Part shown: positions 17,308-25,938 of the stretch, one piece after another
Layout of the letters: the number at the start of each line of letters is the position of its first letter
Numbering within the stretch: position 1 is the stretch's first letter
Origin: Candidatus Poribacteria bacterium
Lineage (GTDB): Bacteria > Poribacteria > WGA-4E > PCPOR2b
NCBI GenBank assembly: GCA_965207095.1
Contig: OZ242270.1
Span: 687,378 to 751,377, forward strand
Direction: 5' to 3'
DNA length: 64,000 nucleotides
Notes under the pieces: generated by a model
What the model was told of the DNA's origin: nothing
What the model saw: only the letters and a program-made list of their open reading frames with translations
The model's database searches: none
Made by a program: the position numbers and the translations under genes

Positions 17308-18589
17308 ATGGTGCAACGTGAAGATTGGAAACCTTTTCGTTTGGATCAATTGGGCTTTGTTGGACGCGGGAGGTCCCGAAGCCGACCAAGAAATGATCCT
17401 GCTCTCTACGGGGGACCTTATCCGCTATTTGAAACAGGGGATATTAAATCCACCGATCTTTACCTGTCAAAGTCAAAGAAAACTTACAATGAAAAGGGAC
17501 TAGCTCAAAGCAAACTGTGGAATCCTGGTACACTTTGCATCACGATTGCTGCTAATATCGCGGAAACTGCGATTCTGAAAATCAAGGCATGTTTTCCAGA
17601 TAGCGTCGTTGGTTTCGTTGCGGATCCTGAGACGACTGATGTAAGATATGTTAAATACTACATTGATTTCATCAAACTACAAATGCAAAACATATCGCGG
17701 GGAACAACACAAGATAACCTGAGTGTAGAGAAGTTGTTATCCTTTGAGTTTTTCGCGCCGCCGTTGAATACTCAACGCAAAATCGCCGCAGTCCTCAGCG
17801 CCTACGACGACCTGATCGAGAACAACACCCGCCGCATCGAAATCCTTGAGGAGATGGCGGGGGCAATCTACCGAGAATGGTTTGTCGAATTCCGCTTTCC
17901 GGGGCATGAGGGGGTGAAGATGGTGGAGTCGGAGTTGGGCTTGATACCGCAGGGGTGGGAGGTAAACAACTTCGGTGAGGTTTCGCAATTACATAGAGGA
18001 AAATCGTACAGAAGTCAGGAATTTAGTCGAAGATGCAAGAGGGAATTGCCATTCCTTAACCTGAAAAACATTGATCGGGAAGGCGGATATAGAATTGATG
18101 GTCTGAAATGGTATGATGGAAGAAACGCAGATTGATCTCAAAGACATTGTTATGGCACTGTGATTGACACAAGATGGGAGAATTGTTGCCCGTTCCACTC
18201 GTAATTCCCAATATAGGGCGCGAAATAATAATGTTTTCTATGGATCTTATTAAAATCAAACCGGAAGAATCATTTCAAACAGACTTTCCTTTTATGCCTT
18301 GTTCAGATACTCAAGCCTTACCTGATAGTACTCAAAGAGTATGCTAATGGCGCGAGTCCAAACATCTAAGCCCCAGTCATGTTCAATCATCTGAATTAGT
18401 TTGCCTCCCAGTGAATTAAGACAAAGATATGCTGAGATTGCAGAGTCCAGTTGGACCAACAAAGTGATTTGCTACTTAGAAAGAAAAACACCAACCTCCG
18501 CCAAACCCGCGATCTCCTACTCCCCAAACTGATCTCCGGCGAGATTGACGTATCCGAACTTGATATCGACACCGACTGATACTATTCCC
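17308..18589 (+). pseudogene. hsdS: Type I R-M specificity subunit HsdS, disrupted: TRD1 + central conserved region + first ~65 aa of TRD2 (17308-18135), then ~300 nt without coding capacity, then a conserved C-terminal 51-aa remnant (18436-18589) in the same frame
   Basis: Central conserved region LSVEKLLSFEFFAPPLNTQRKIAAVLSAYDDLIENNTRRIEILEEMAGAIYREWFVEF. C-terminal remnant [31 protein letters not shown] is the typical HsdS distal conserved region. The 18136-18435 segment has stops in all forward frames and is AT-rich. Confidence 0.7.
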
Positions 18590-18630
18590 AAAAAGGAACA
18601 TAAGCGTATGCGACCCGAACCCCTGAAAGA

Positions 18631-18853
18631 ATGAACAGACCGAATTGTTATTGACGAAGCAGTTCTGACCGGAAAGCCTGTTATCAAGGGCACCCGTTTA
18701 GCTGTCGAGTTCATTATTGATCTACTGGCACACGGCTGGAGTGAAGCAGAGATTCTTGAAAATTACCCCGGTATTGTGGTTGAGGACATTCGAGCGTGTC
18801 TCGCTTACGCCAGTGCGACGTTACATGCCGAAGAAAATTATAATGGGTCTTAG
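18631..18853 (+). pseudogene. DUF433 domain protein; start apparently separated from the body by a +1 frameshift (MNRPN | RIVIDEAVLTGKPVIKGTRL...)
   Basis: RIVIDEAVLTGKPVIKGTRLAVEFIIDLLAHGWSEAEILENYPGIVVEDIRACLAYA matches DUF433. Its frame has no ATG after the preceding stop. An ATG at 18631 is in the +1 frame and reads MNRPNCY*. The TAG stop codon is formed by the first 3 nt of MITE copy 3. Confidence 0.5.
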
Positions 18854-18942
18854 AATTGATGAGACACACCAAACCGGTGCGGTTAGGAAACCGCACCTAC
18901 CGGGCGGGCGAAAGTGTCTATCTGTTTTTAGAATTCACCATA
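18849..18942. mobile_element. MITE-like repeat family A, copy 3 (short form, single palindromic module)
   Basis: TAGAATTGATGAGACACACCAAACCGGTGCGGTTAGGAAACCGCACCTACC..GAAAGTGTCTATCTGTTTTTAGAATTCACCATA. Confidence 0.6.
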
Positions 18943-18957
18943 AAGGAGGAAATTGAG

Positions 18958-19215
18958 ATGAATTTAACCGTTGAACTAACAACCGATCAGGTCGTCGGTT
19001 TTGTCCAACAGATGCCAGCCGAAGAAAGACGGTCACTACTACTCGCGATTGCAGAGCAGGCAGCAGCCAATCGGGAAACACGTATAGACCGTGCTGAAAC
19101 ACAGTTGCGGCAGTTGTGTAAAGATCGGGGGTTGGATTGGGATGCCATGACCGAGGCAGAGCGCGAAAATTTTATTGATGATCTGATCCACGAGGACCGC
19201 GAATGCAACCAATAG
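18958..19215 (+). CDS. Putative antitoxin / addiction-module component, cognate to the downstream PIN gene
   Basis: 85-aa acidic helical protein with an AAGGAGG RBS. Overlaps the PIN gene by 13 nt, as in translationally coupled TA pairs. Family not recognised. Confidence 0.45.
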   Translation: MNLTVELTTDQVVGFVQQMPAEERRSLLLAIAEQAAANRETRIDRAETQLRQLCKDRGLDWDAMTEAERENFIDDLIHEDRECNQ

Positions 19216-19610
19216 CCGTTTACGATACAAACATTTTGTTGTCAGGTATCGGCTGGCGAGGTAGTCCGTATCGTTGTCTTGAATTGGCACGGCAGGGCAG
19301 CGTTGAAGGGTTGACCTGCTCCGAAATACTGGATGAATTGGCGGAGAAATTAACGACTAAACTCAACTTTCCGGTGTCCGAAACTACTGATGTAATCGCG
19401 GATCTCCTTGGTTTCTTGCGGGTGGTCAAGATTACCAACACGCTCAAAGCCATCTCTGCCGATTCGGACGACGACAAAGTCATTGAATGTGCCGTTGTGG
19501 GGGAGGCAACCCATATTGTAACCGGCGATCGCCGTCATCTGTTGCCACTTGGCAGCCATCAAGGTGTCCTTATTGTCACAGCAGCGGACTTTCTTGGACA
19601 GTTTTCATGA
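19203..19610 (+). CDS. PIN-domain protein (putative type II toxin, TIGR00305-like)
   Basis: VYDTNILLSG N-terminal acidic motif. Later conserved D residues (..VTGDRRHLLPL..) are typical of small PIN toxins. Confidence 0.6.
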   Translation: MQPIAVYDTNILLSGIGWRGSPYRCLELARQGSVEGLTCSEILDELAEKLTTKLNFPVSETTDVIADLLGFLRVVKITNTLKAISADSDDDKVIECAVVGEATHIVTGDRRHLLPLGSHQGVLIVTAADFLGQFS

Positions 19611-19655
19611 ACTGGAAAAAATTGACCAAAGATAAAAGTTGCGAACCAGTAAATC

Positions 19656-22600
19656 ATGCAGAATAATCCGTACAGCGAAGACCAACTGGTTGAACAAACC
19701 GCCATCGCCCTACTCGCAGGAATGAGGTGGGAGACCTTGGACTGTTACAACGAATTCGATCACGGTAGCAGTCCGCTCGGTAGGGAGAATAGGGGCGAAG
19801 TGGTTCTGATAAGGCGGTTACGCGCTGCCTTGAAGAGGCTCAACCCCGATGCGTCCAGTGAGGCAATCGGTGCAGCGATTGAGGAGTTGACCCGCTCCCG
19901 TGCGACAATGAGCCGCGAAGAAGCCAACTATGAGATATACAGGCTACTCAAGGATGGTGTGAAAGTTACAATCACGGACCCGGACGGCGAAGGTGAAACC
20001 GATGAAATACTAAAGGTAATTGATTGGGAGAATCCAGAGAATAACGATTACTTTCTGGCATCACAGTTATGGATCGCCGGTGAGATGTACACTCGCAGGC
20101 CTGATGCAATCGGCTTTATCAACGGCTTACCCTTAGTGCTGATGGAGTTCAAACGGATTGACGAAAACCTTCACAGCGCATATCAGGACAATCTCAGGGA
20201 CTACAAAGACACAATCCCCCACCTATTCTGGTACAACGCCGTGATTATCCTCTCCAACGGCTCAGAGAGCAGATTCGGTAGCTTGACCGCGAGTTGGGAA
20301 CATTTCACCGAATGGAAACGGGTTGAGCGCGAAGATGAACAGGGAGCGGTTTCGCTGGAAACAATCCTAAAGGGGATATGTGAACACCGCCGGCTGTTAG
20401 ACATTATCGAGAACTTCACACTGTTTATGGAAGTCCAAGGCGGGTTGATTAAGCTAATCGGCAAGAACCATCAATACCTCGGCGTGAACAACGCGATCGA
20501 TGCCCTGCGTGGGATAGAGTCGAATCAGGGAAAACTCGGTGTCTTCTGGCATACGCAAGGCTCAGGAAAGAGCATCTCGATGATTTTCTTCGCGCAGAAG
20601 GTGCTGAGAAAGATACCGGGCGGTTGGCGGTTCGTTATCGTGACTGATCGCAGAGAGTTGGACGACCAGATCTATAAAAACTTCGCAGATTCTAGGGGCG
20701 TGGTCACGCAGGGGGAGGTCCATGCGGAGGATATCCAGGGTCTCCGGCAGCTGTTGAGCGAGGATCACCGCTATATCTTCACGCTTATCCAGAAGTTCCA
20801 AACAAAGGACGATGCACCGCATCCCGTCCTCTCCGATAACGCAAACGTCATTGTCATTACCGATGAATCACACCGCAGCCAATACGATACATTGGCGTTA
20901 AACATGCGGACGGCGCTTCCCAACGCGGCATTCATCGCCTTCACCGGGACACCGTTAATCGACGGAGAGGAACGGACGAAGGAGGTGTTCGGGGAGTATG
21001 TCTCGATTTACGACTTCAAGCAGTCGGTTGCGGACGGTGCGACCGTGCCGCTCTATTACGAAAATCGGGTGCCTAGAATGCAGTTGATCACCGAACACCT
21101 AACCGAGGATATAGAACAAATCCTTGAATCAGCCGAACTGGACGAAACACAGGAAAACAGGCTTGAACAGGAGTTTGCGATACAGTACCAGGTCATCACG
21201 CGGGAGGAACGGTTAGAAGCGATTGCGGCAGATATTGTCTCCCACTTTATGGGACGAGGATACCGTGGCAAGGCGATGGTCGTCTCAATCGACAAAGCCA
21301 CCGCCGTCAAGATGTATGATAAGGTGGGGGAATATTGGAGAAACTACTGTGAGGAGTTGAAGGAGCAGTTAAGCGATACCACCGAGGCCGCGGAACGGGG
21401 TACTCTGGAAGAAAAGATTCAGTACATGGAGGAGACCCGTATGCGGGTGGTGGTTTCCCAGTCGCAGAACGAGATTGGTGATCTGAGAGCGAAGGGTGTG
21501 GACATCACTCCACATCGGCAACGGATGAACACCCAGGATTTGGATGCCAAATTCAAAGACCCAGAGGACCCGTTCCGTATCGTTTTCGTCTGCGCGATGT
21601 GGATGACCGGTTTCGATGTACCAGCTTGCTCAACAATCTATTTGGATAAACCCCAACGTAACCATACCCTGATGCAGACTATCGCTAGAGCCAATCGCGT
21701 CTTCAAGGATAAAGTCAACGGCTTAATCGTCGATTACATCGGCATCTTCCGAAACCTTGAGCGAGCGTTGGCGATTTATGCAGATGGCACTGATCCAGAT
21801 GGCACCGATCCGGACGGCAAGAATCCTATCCGGGATAAATCGGAACTTGTCGAGGAGCTCAGAGGAGAGACCACGGAGATTAAGGCGTTCTGCACGGACC
21901 TCAATGTGAACCTCGTCCAGATTGACGCAGCGGAGACAGAGCCCCTTGAACGTATCAGACAAATCAATGACGCCGTAGACCGGATATTGATCAATGACGA
22001 GATTAAAGGGGATTATCTACAACGTGCACGCCAAATCTCTCGACTATACAAGGCAATCCTCCCCGATCCCGCGGCGAGCGATTTCAACGGGATCTGCACC
22101 CTCATTAACATCATCGCGAAGAAGATCAAGAACCTGACACCAGCACCGATCGACACTACGGATGTGATGGAGCAGATCGAGGATCTACTAGATCAATCAA
22201 TCGTGCCAACGGGTTACATCATAGAGGTAGCTGGAGATTACGAAACGGATTCGATTGTCGATCTGAGTCGGATTGACTTCGACGAACTCCGGGAAAGGTT
22301 TAGGACGCAACACAAACATATTGAGGCGGAAAAACTGAGGGGATCAATCCGGCGGAAGCTATCCGAGATAATACCGCTTAATGGGACCCGAATGGATTAT
22401 CAGGAACGGTTCGAGCGGATTATCGCGGAGTATAATGAAGCTGCGATAGATGTTGATACGTGGTTTGAACAACTGATCGAATTGGCGGGAGAACTCACGG
22501 AGGAGGAGCAGCGTACCATTGCTGAGCAACTCACCGAGGAACAGTTAGCGGTGTTTGACCTGCTAACTCGACCTGAGATTGAGTTAGATGAAACAGAGAG

Positions 22601-22844
22601 AGACAAAGTGAAAGCTATATCCAAAGATTTACTCACGAAGCTGAAACAGGAGAAGTTGGTTTTGGATTGGCGTCAACGCCAACAATCCCGCGCGGCGGTC
22701 AAAGTCACTGTCGCAGAGATCCTCGACGAACTGCCGGAACGTTACACGCAGGAGATATATGATCGGAAGTGCGAGGTCGTGTATCAACACATTTACGATT
22801 GTTACTACGGCGCCGACAACAGTATTTATGGAAGCGCGGCATAA
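19656..22844 (+). CDS. hsdR: Type I restriction enzyme R subunit (endonuclease/helicase)
   Basis: HsdR N-terminal domain. SF2 helicase motifs HTQGSGKS (Walker A), VITDESHRSQ (DExH), FTGTP, VDYIGI. Length 1062 aa. Confidence 0.9.
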   Translation: MQNNPYSEDQLVEQTAIALLAGMRWETLDCYNEFDHGSSPLGRENRGEVVLIRRLRAALKRLNPDASSEAIGAAIEELTRSRATMSREEANYEIYRLLKDGVKVTITDPDGEGETDEILKVIDWENPENNDYFLASQLWIAGEMYTRRPDAIGFINGLPLVLMEFKRIDENLHSAYQDNLRDYKDTIPHLFWYNAVIILSNGSESRFGSLTASWEHFTEWKRVEREDEQGAVSLETILKGICEHRRLLDIIENFTLFMEVQGGLIKLIGKNHQYLGVNNAIDALRGIESNQGKLGVFWHTQGSGKSISMIFFAQKVLRKIPGGWRFVIVTDRRELDDQIYKNFADSRGVVTQGEVHAEDIQGLRQLLSEDHRYIFTLIQKFQTKDDAPHPVLSDNANVIVITDESHRSQYDTLALNMRTALPNAAFIAFTGTPLIDGEERTKEVFGEYVSIYDFKQSVADGATVPLYYENRVPRMQLITEHLTEDIEQILESAELDETQENRLEQEFAIQYQVITREERLEAIAADIVSHFMGRGYRGKAMVVSIDKATAVKMYDKVGEYWRNYCEELKEQLSDTTEAAERGTLEEKIQYMEETRMRVVVSQSQNEIGDLRAKGVDITPHRQRMNTQDLDAKFKDPEDPFRIVFVCAMWMTGFDVPACSTIYLDKPQRNHTLMQTIARANRVFKDKVNGLIVDYIGIFRNLERALAIYADGTDPDGTDPDGKNPIRDKSELVEELRGETTEIKAFCTDLNVNLVQIDAAETEPLERIRQINDAVDRILINDEIKGDYLQRARQISRLYKAILPDPAASDFNGICTLINIIAKKIKNLTPAPIDTTDVMEQIEDLLDQSIVPTGYIIEVAGDYETDSIVDLSRIDFDELRERFRTQHKHIEAEKLRGSIRRKLSEIIPLNGTRMDYQERFERIIAEYNEAAIDVDTWFEQLIELAGELTEEEQRTIAEQLTEEQLAVFDLLTRPEIELDETERDKVKAISKDLLTKLKQEKLVLDWRQRQQSRAAVKVTVAEILDELPERYTQEIYDRKCEVVYQHIYDCYYGADNSIYGSAA

Positions 22845-23153
22845 TCACCGAAACGGTTCTGCTGGTGGATGGGTGTCATTCTGCGAAGGAAGGTGAATAG
22901 CTGCAGGGAGTCATTATCGAATACAGGACTTACGCACTTCAGTAGGCAGCGCGAGATTTTTTTAACCCCCTAAATCCCCCTTATCAGGGGGACTTTGACA
23001 AGTTCGCCAAGGTCGTATTGGTAATGTCTACTTACTTATTTCTCTAATTCACTCACAATCACTTCCAGCATGGAGCAATCACAAAACGGGAGCCACGCGC
23101 AATTTCTGTAAAAGTGTTAGATTTTGTTAGATTTTGTTCGGTGGTAAATTGTA

Positions 23154-23188
23154 GGGAACAACGATCGTTGTTCCCTTTTTTATTTTTT
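23154..23188 (+). terminator. Rho-independent terminator-like hairpin (GGGAACAACG-ATC-GTTGTTCCC followed by TTTTTTATTTTTT)
   Basis: Perfect 10-bp stem with a 3-nt loop and a T-run, ~310 nt downstream of hsdR. The same hairpin is the inner hairpin of element family B. Confidence 0.45.
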
Positions 23189-23222
23189 CTTTACCCTATT
23201 GGCAATTTAGGTTACAATAAAT

Positions 23223-24275
23223 TTGATGACACAAAAACCCGAAATAGATCCCACCGAATCCCGAAAAGGAAGAATCTATCTATGGCTTGCGATTCTGATA
23301 TTCGGTGCTGCTTCAGCGGTGGTCGCCAAGCTGATAATGATCGGGGAGGGCGCGCTGCTCGACGGACGGAATCCGATAGCGTTCTGCAATGTGCTGTTCG
23401 CTGGGAACGTCATCGCTGGCCTGACGCTATTGGCCATCTTCCACGGAGACTGGCGACCTTCTGAACTCAGAAAACTGACCTTCAAACAGTGGCTTGTGCA
23501 GCTTGTCTTGGCGGCGACATCGGGTGCGTTGGCACCGTCGCTGATGTTCCGTGCCGTTGAACAGACTTCGGTTACAAACATTGTGCTGATTGAAACGATC
23601 GAGATTCCGTTGGGGCTGTTCTTGGCGTGGCTGCTCTACCGCGAGAAATCGAGTTGGAGCGCAGTCATTGGGGCGGTCCTGGCTTTAATTGGCGTCGCGA
23701 CAACCATCTGGCTGCAGATGGGTCAACCCAGTGAAATGATGCAGCAAGGTCAGATGCGCGGCGGTATTGGACGCGGTGAAATCTACGCAACGGCTGGCAC
23801 GTTTCTTCTGGTGCTTGGGGCGGAACTGGGTCGCAAGCAACTTCGGACGATTCCGTTGGGGGTCTTCAGCGTTTTCCGCAATGTTGTCGGCTCGATCATC
23901 TTTCTGATCGTCGTGCTCATTATGCTCGGACCGGGACATTTTATGGATCTTTTCAGACCCGTCCTCTGGGGTTGGATGGCGTTGTATGGAAGTATCATCG
24001 TTGTGTGCGGTCAACTCTGTTGGTTTTCGGGCATCAAGCGGGTCACACCGGCTGATATTTCGTTAGCCTCCGCATTTTCACCGATCGCCGGAGTCATCTT
24101 CGCATTCCTGATACTCGGCGAAATCCCGATGATCGCGCAAATCATCGGTGGCGCGGTGATACTCTGCGGCATTGGGGTCGGGCTTGCCGGAGACCTTAAA
24201 TTCCCACATAGAGAAGAAAAACGGCTGCGGTCCGCCAAATCGGAAGACAAACCCAAGGCATTTACAGGCGTTTAG
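23223..24275 (+). CDS. DMT-superfamily (EamA-like) transporter
   Basis: About 10 predicted TM helices in two repeated halves. No other motif recognised. Confidence 0.5.
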   Translation: MMTQKPEIDPTESRKGRIYLWLAILIFGAASAVVAKLIMIGEGALLDGRNPIAFCNVLFAGNVIAGLTLLAIFHGDWRPSELRKLTFKQWLVQLVLAATSGALAPSLMFRAVEQTSVTNIVLIETIEIPLGLFLAWLLYREKSSWSAVIGAVLALIGVATTIWLQMGQPSEMMQQGQMRGGIGRGEIYATAGTFLLVLGAELGRKQLRTIPLGVFSVFRNVVGSIIFLIVVLIMLGPGHFMDLFRPVLWGWMALYGSIIVVCGQLCWFSGIKRVTPADISLASAFSPIAGVIFAFLILGEIPMIAQIIGGAVILCGIGVGLAGDLKFPHREEKRLRSAKSEDKPKAFTGV

Positions 24276-24284
24276 CACTATAGT

Positions 24285-24772
24285 GGACCTTAGAATTAAT
24301 GGAGGGGTGTGCATGTGTAGCAATCTAGGTAGATCAACTCTATTGCTGTGCATACACATTGCGCCCCTCTGGAGCGCAGGCATTGACTTTACCGCCGTTC
24401 TATAGACATATCGCTCCGCTGGAGCGAAGGTTTCTGTCGAATCATAAGGACTTTCGTGTATTCGGGTTGCTGAAAGGACATGAATCTGGTAGTAGTTCTG
24501 TTTGCTTATCAATATTTTCTGCGTAATCAACTGACTCCATGATTCAAACAATAATGATGTACACCCCTCAATTAATGAGACACGCAAAACCGGTGTGATT
24601 AGGATACCGCACCTACCCTTCTCCCGTTTAGTAGGCACTGTTTCCAACAGTGCCGATGCGGTGCGGTTGAAAACCGCACCTACCGGCTCCGATAATTAGT
24701 TTACCCCGATTTATCGGGGCGACCGAAACCGAGGGACGAAAGTGTCTATTCATTTTTCCAATTCACTATAGG
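24285..24772. mobile_element. MITE-like repeat family A, copy 4, interrupted by a nested ~259-bp element
   Basis: Family A 5' end TATAGTGGACCTTAGAATTAATG at 24285-24300 and the remaining body AATTAATGAGACACGCAAAACCGG...GTCTATTCATTTTTCCAATTCACTATAGG at 24561-24772. Confidence 0.6.
24301..24559. mobile_element. Nested small non-autonomous element (family E) with imperfect terminal inverted repeats, flanked by an 8-bp duplication AATTAATG
   Basis: Left end GGAGGGGTGTGCATGT, right end ATGTACACCCCTC (reverse-complement match 13/15). Host sequence AATTAATG is present on both sides. Interior contains the paired palindromes GCGCCCCTCTGGAGCGC and ATCGCTCCGCTGGAGCGAAGG. Confidence 0.5.
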
Positions 24773-24789
24773 TTCATTGAGGAGAAAAT

Positions 24790-25938
24790 ATGTCCGATTC
24801 CAAAAACCCAAAATATCGCGTTGGCATAATCGGTTGCGGGAGAGCGGGGACAGGTCGTGCCCGTGCCTTTGACATGCATCCGTTGTGCGGGGTAGTTGCT
24901 ATTGCCGATACCGATCCCGAAAATCTGGAATTAGGTTGCAAGCGTTTCAACGTTCCGGGATACACCAGCTTCGACGAGATGCTCAAGAACGAAGCGATCG
25001 ATATTGCGATGCCGGTCTTGCCGGTCCGACCGAATGCCGATGCCGTTGTCGCTTCAGCAGAAGCGGGCGTCAAGGCGATTTTCTGCGAGAAACCGCTCAC
25101 CGCCAGCCTCGCAGATGCCGACCGCATGGTAGAAGCGTGCGAATCGCGTGGTATCTACTTAGCCGCAGGGGTTGTTATCTCCAGCCATCCAGATTACCAG
25201 AAAGCCTACGAGTTGGTCGCAGCGGGCGAGATAGGCGAAATCCAGAGGATTAACCTGTACAGTATCAACAATCAGGGCGGGTGCCATGGGCTGAACTTAG
25301 TCCGAAAGTTCGCAGGCAAGGCACCCGTCGATTGGGTAATCGGTTGGGTGGACGGAGACCCCTTCAGCGACCATGAAGAGCCGTATGACGACGCGGAGAC
25401 AGGATTTGGGAAGATAGGCGGCTATATCCGCTTCTCCAACGGGGTTGAGTGTTTCAGCAACTACAAGGACATCGGATGGAAAGGAATCGAGATAGTAGGC
25501 TCTCAGGGAGTGATATATAACTGGAACAACACCGGCTTGGGACTACATCTTTTGAAGAACGATAACACGGAACGGGGACCTGCCCAGCTTAGAGAAGTCG
25601 AGGGTGTGTTTGAGGAATACGACGCGACGGAACGGGGTTATGATGATGAGGGATGGCTCGACCCGGGCATCCCAATGAAAGTAATTGTCCAGTCGATTGT
25701 CGATTCGCTGGAAACGGGTGTCCCGCTCAAGGTAACTACCGGGGACGACCTGCGCCATGCGTTAGAGATAGCCATCGGCTTGAGGGAATCCCATCGGCGG
25801 GGGCACACCCCTATCAAGTTTCCTATCGAGGATCGAAGTCTGGTGATGCAGCCCCAGCAATCACGGTGGCATTATAAGAAAAATATTTTAGGCAGGGAAC
25901 AGTATATGGAACATATGCGACAACAGAGGAGGGATTAA
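24790..25938 (+). CDS. Gfo/Idh/MocA family oxidoreductase
   Basis: N-terminal Rossmann motif VGIIGCGRAG. GAGGAG RBS. Confidence 0.7.
   Translation: MSDSKNPKYRVGIIGCGRAGTGRARAFDMHPLCGVVAIADTDPENLELGCKRFNVPGYTSFDEMLKNEAIDIAMPVLPVRPNADAVVASAEAGVKAIFCEKPLTASLADADRMVEACESRGIYLAAGVVISSHPDYQKAYELVAAGEIGEIQRINLYSINNQGGCHGLNLVRKFAGKAPVDWVIGWVDGDPFSDHEEPYDDAETGFGKIGGYIRFSNGVECFSNYKDIGWKGIEIVGSQGVIYNWNNTGLGLHLLKNDNTERGPAQLREVEGVFEEYDATERGYDDEGWLDPGIPMKVIVQSIVDSLETGVPLKVTTGDDLRHALEIAIGLRESHRRGHTPIKFPIEDRSLVMQPQQSRWHYKKNILGREQYMEHMRQQRRD

Noticed and set aside
18136-18435. Shufflon or invertible alternative hsdS' half-gene on the opposite strand inside the hsdS gap
   Set aside because: The minus-strand ORFs there (18056-18259, 17989-18198) have no TRD-like sequence and are low-complexity. 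No inverted repeats bracket the segment.
22845-23222. Integrase, transposase or other mobility gene at the right edge of the accessory block
   Set aside because: No ORF is present. The segment consists of a disrupted family-B element, a G-repeat copy, the palindrome AAATCCCCCTTATCAGGGGGACTT and a terminator hairpin.
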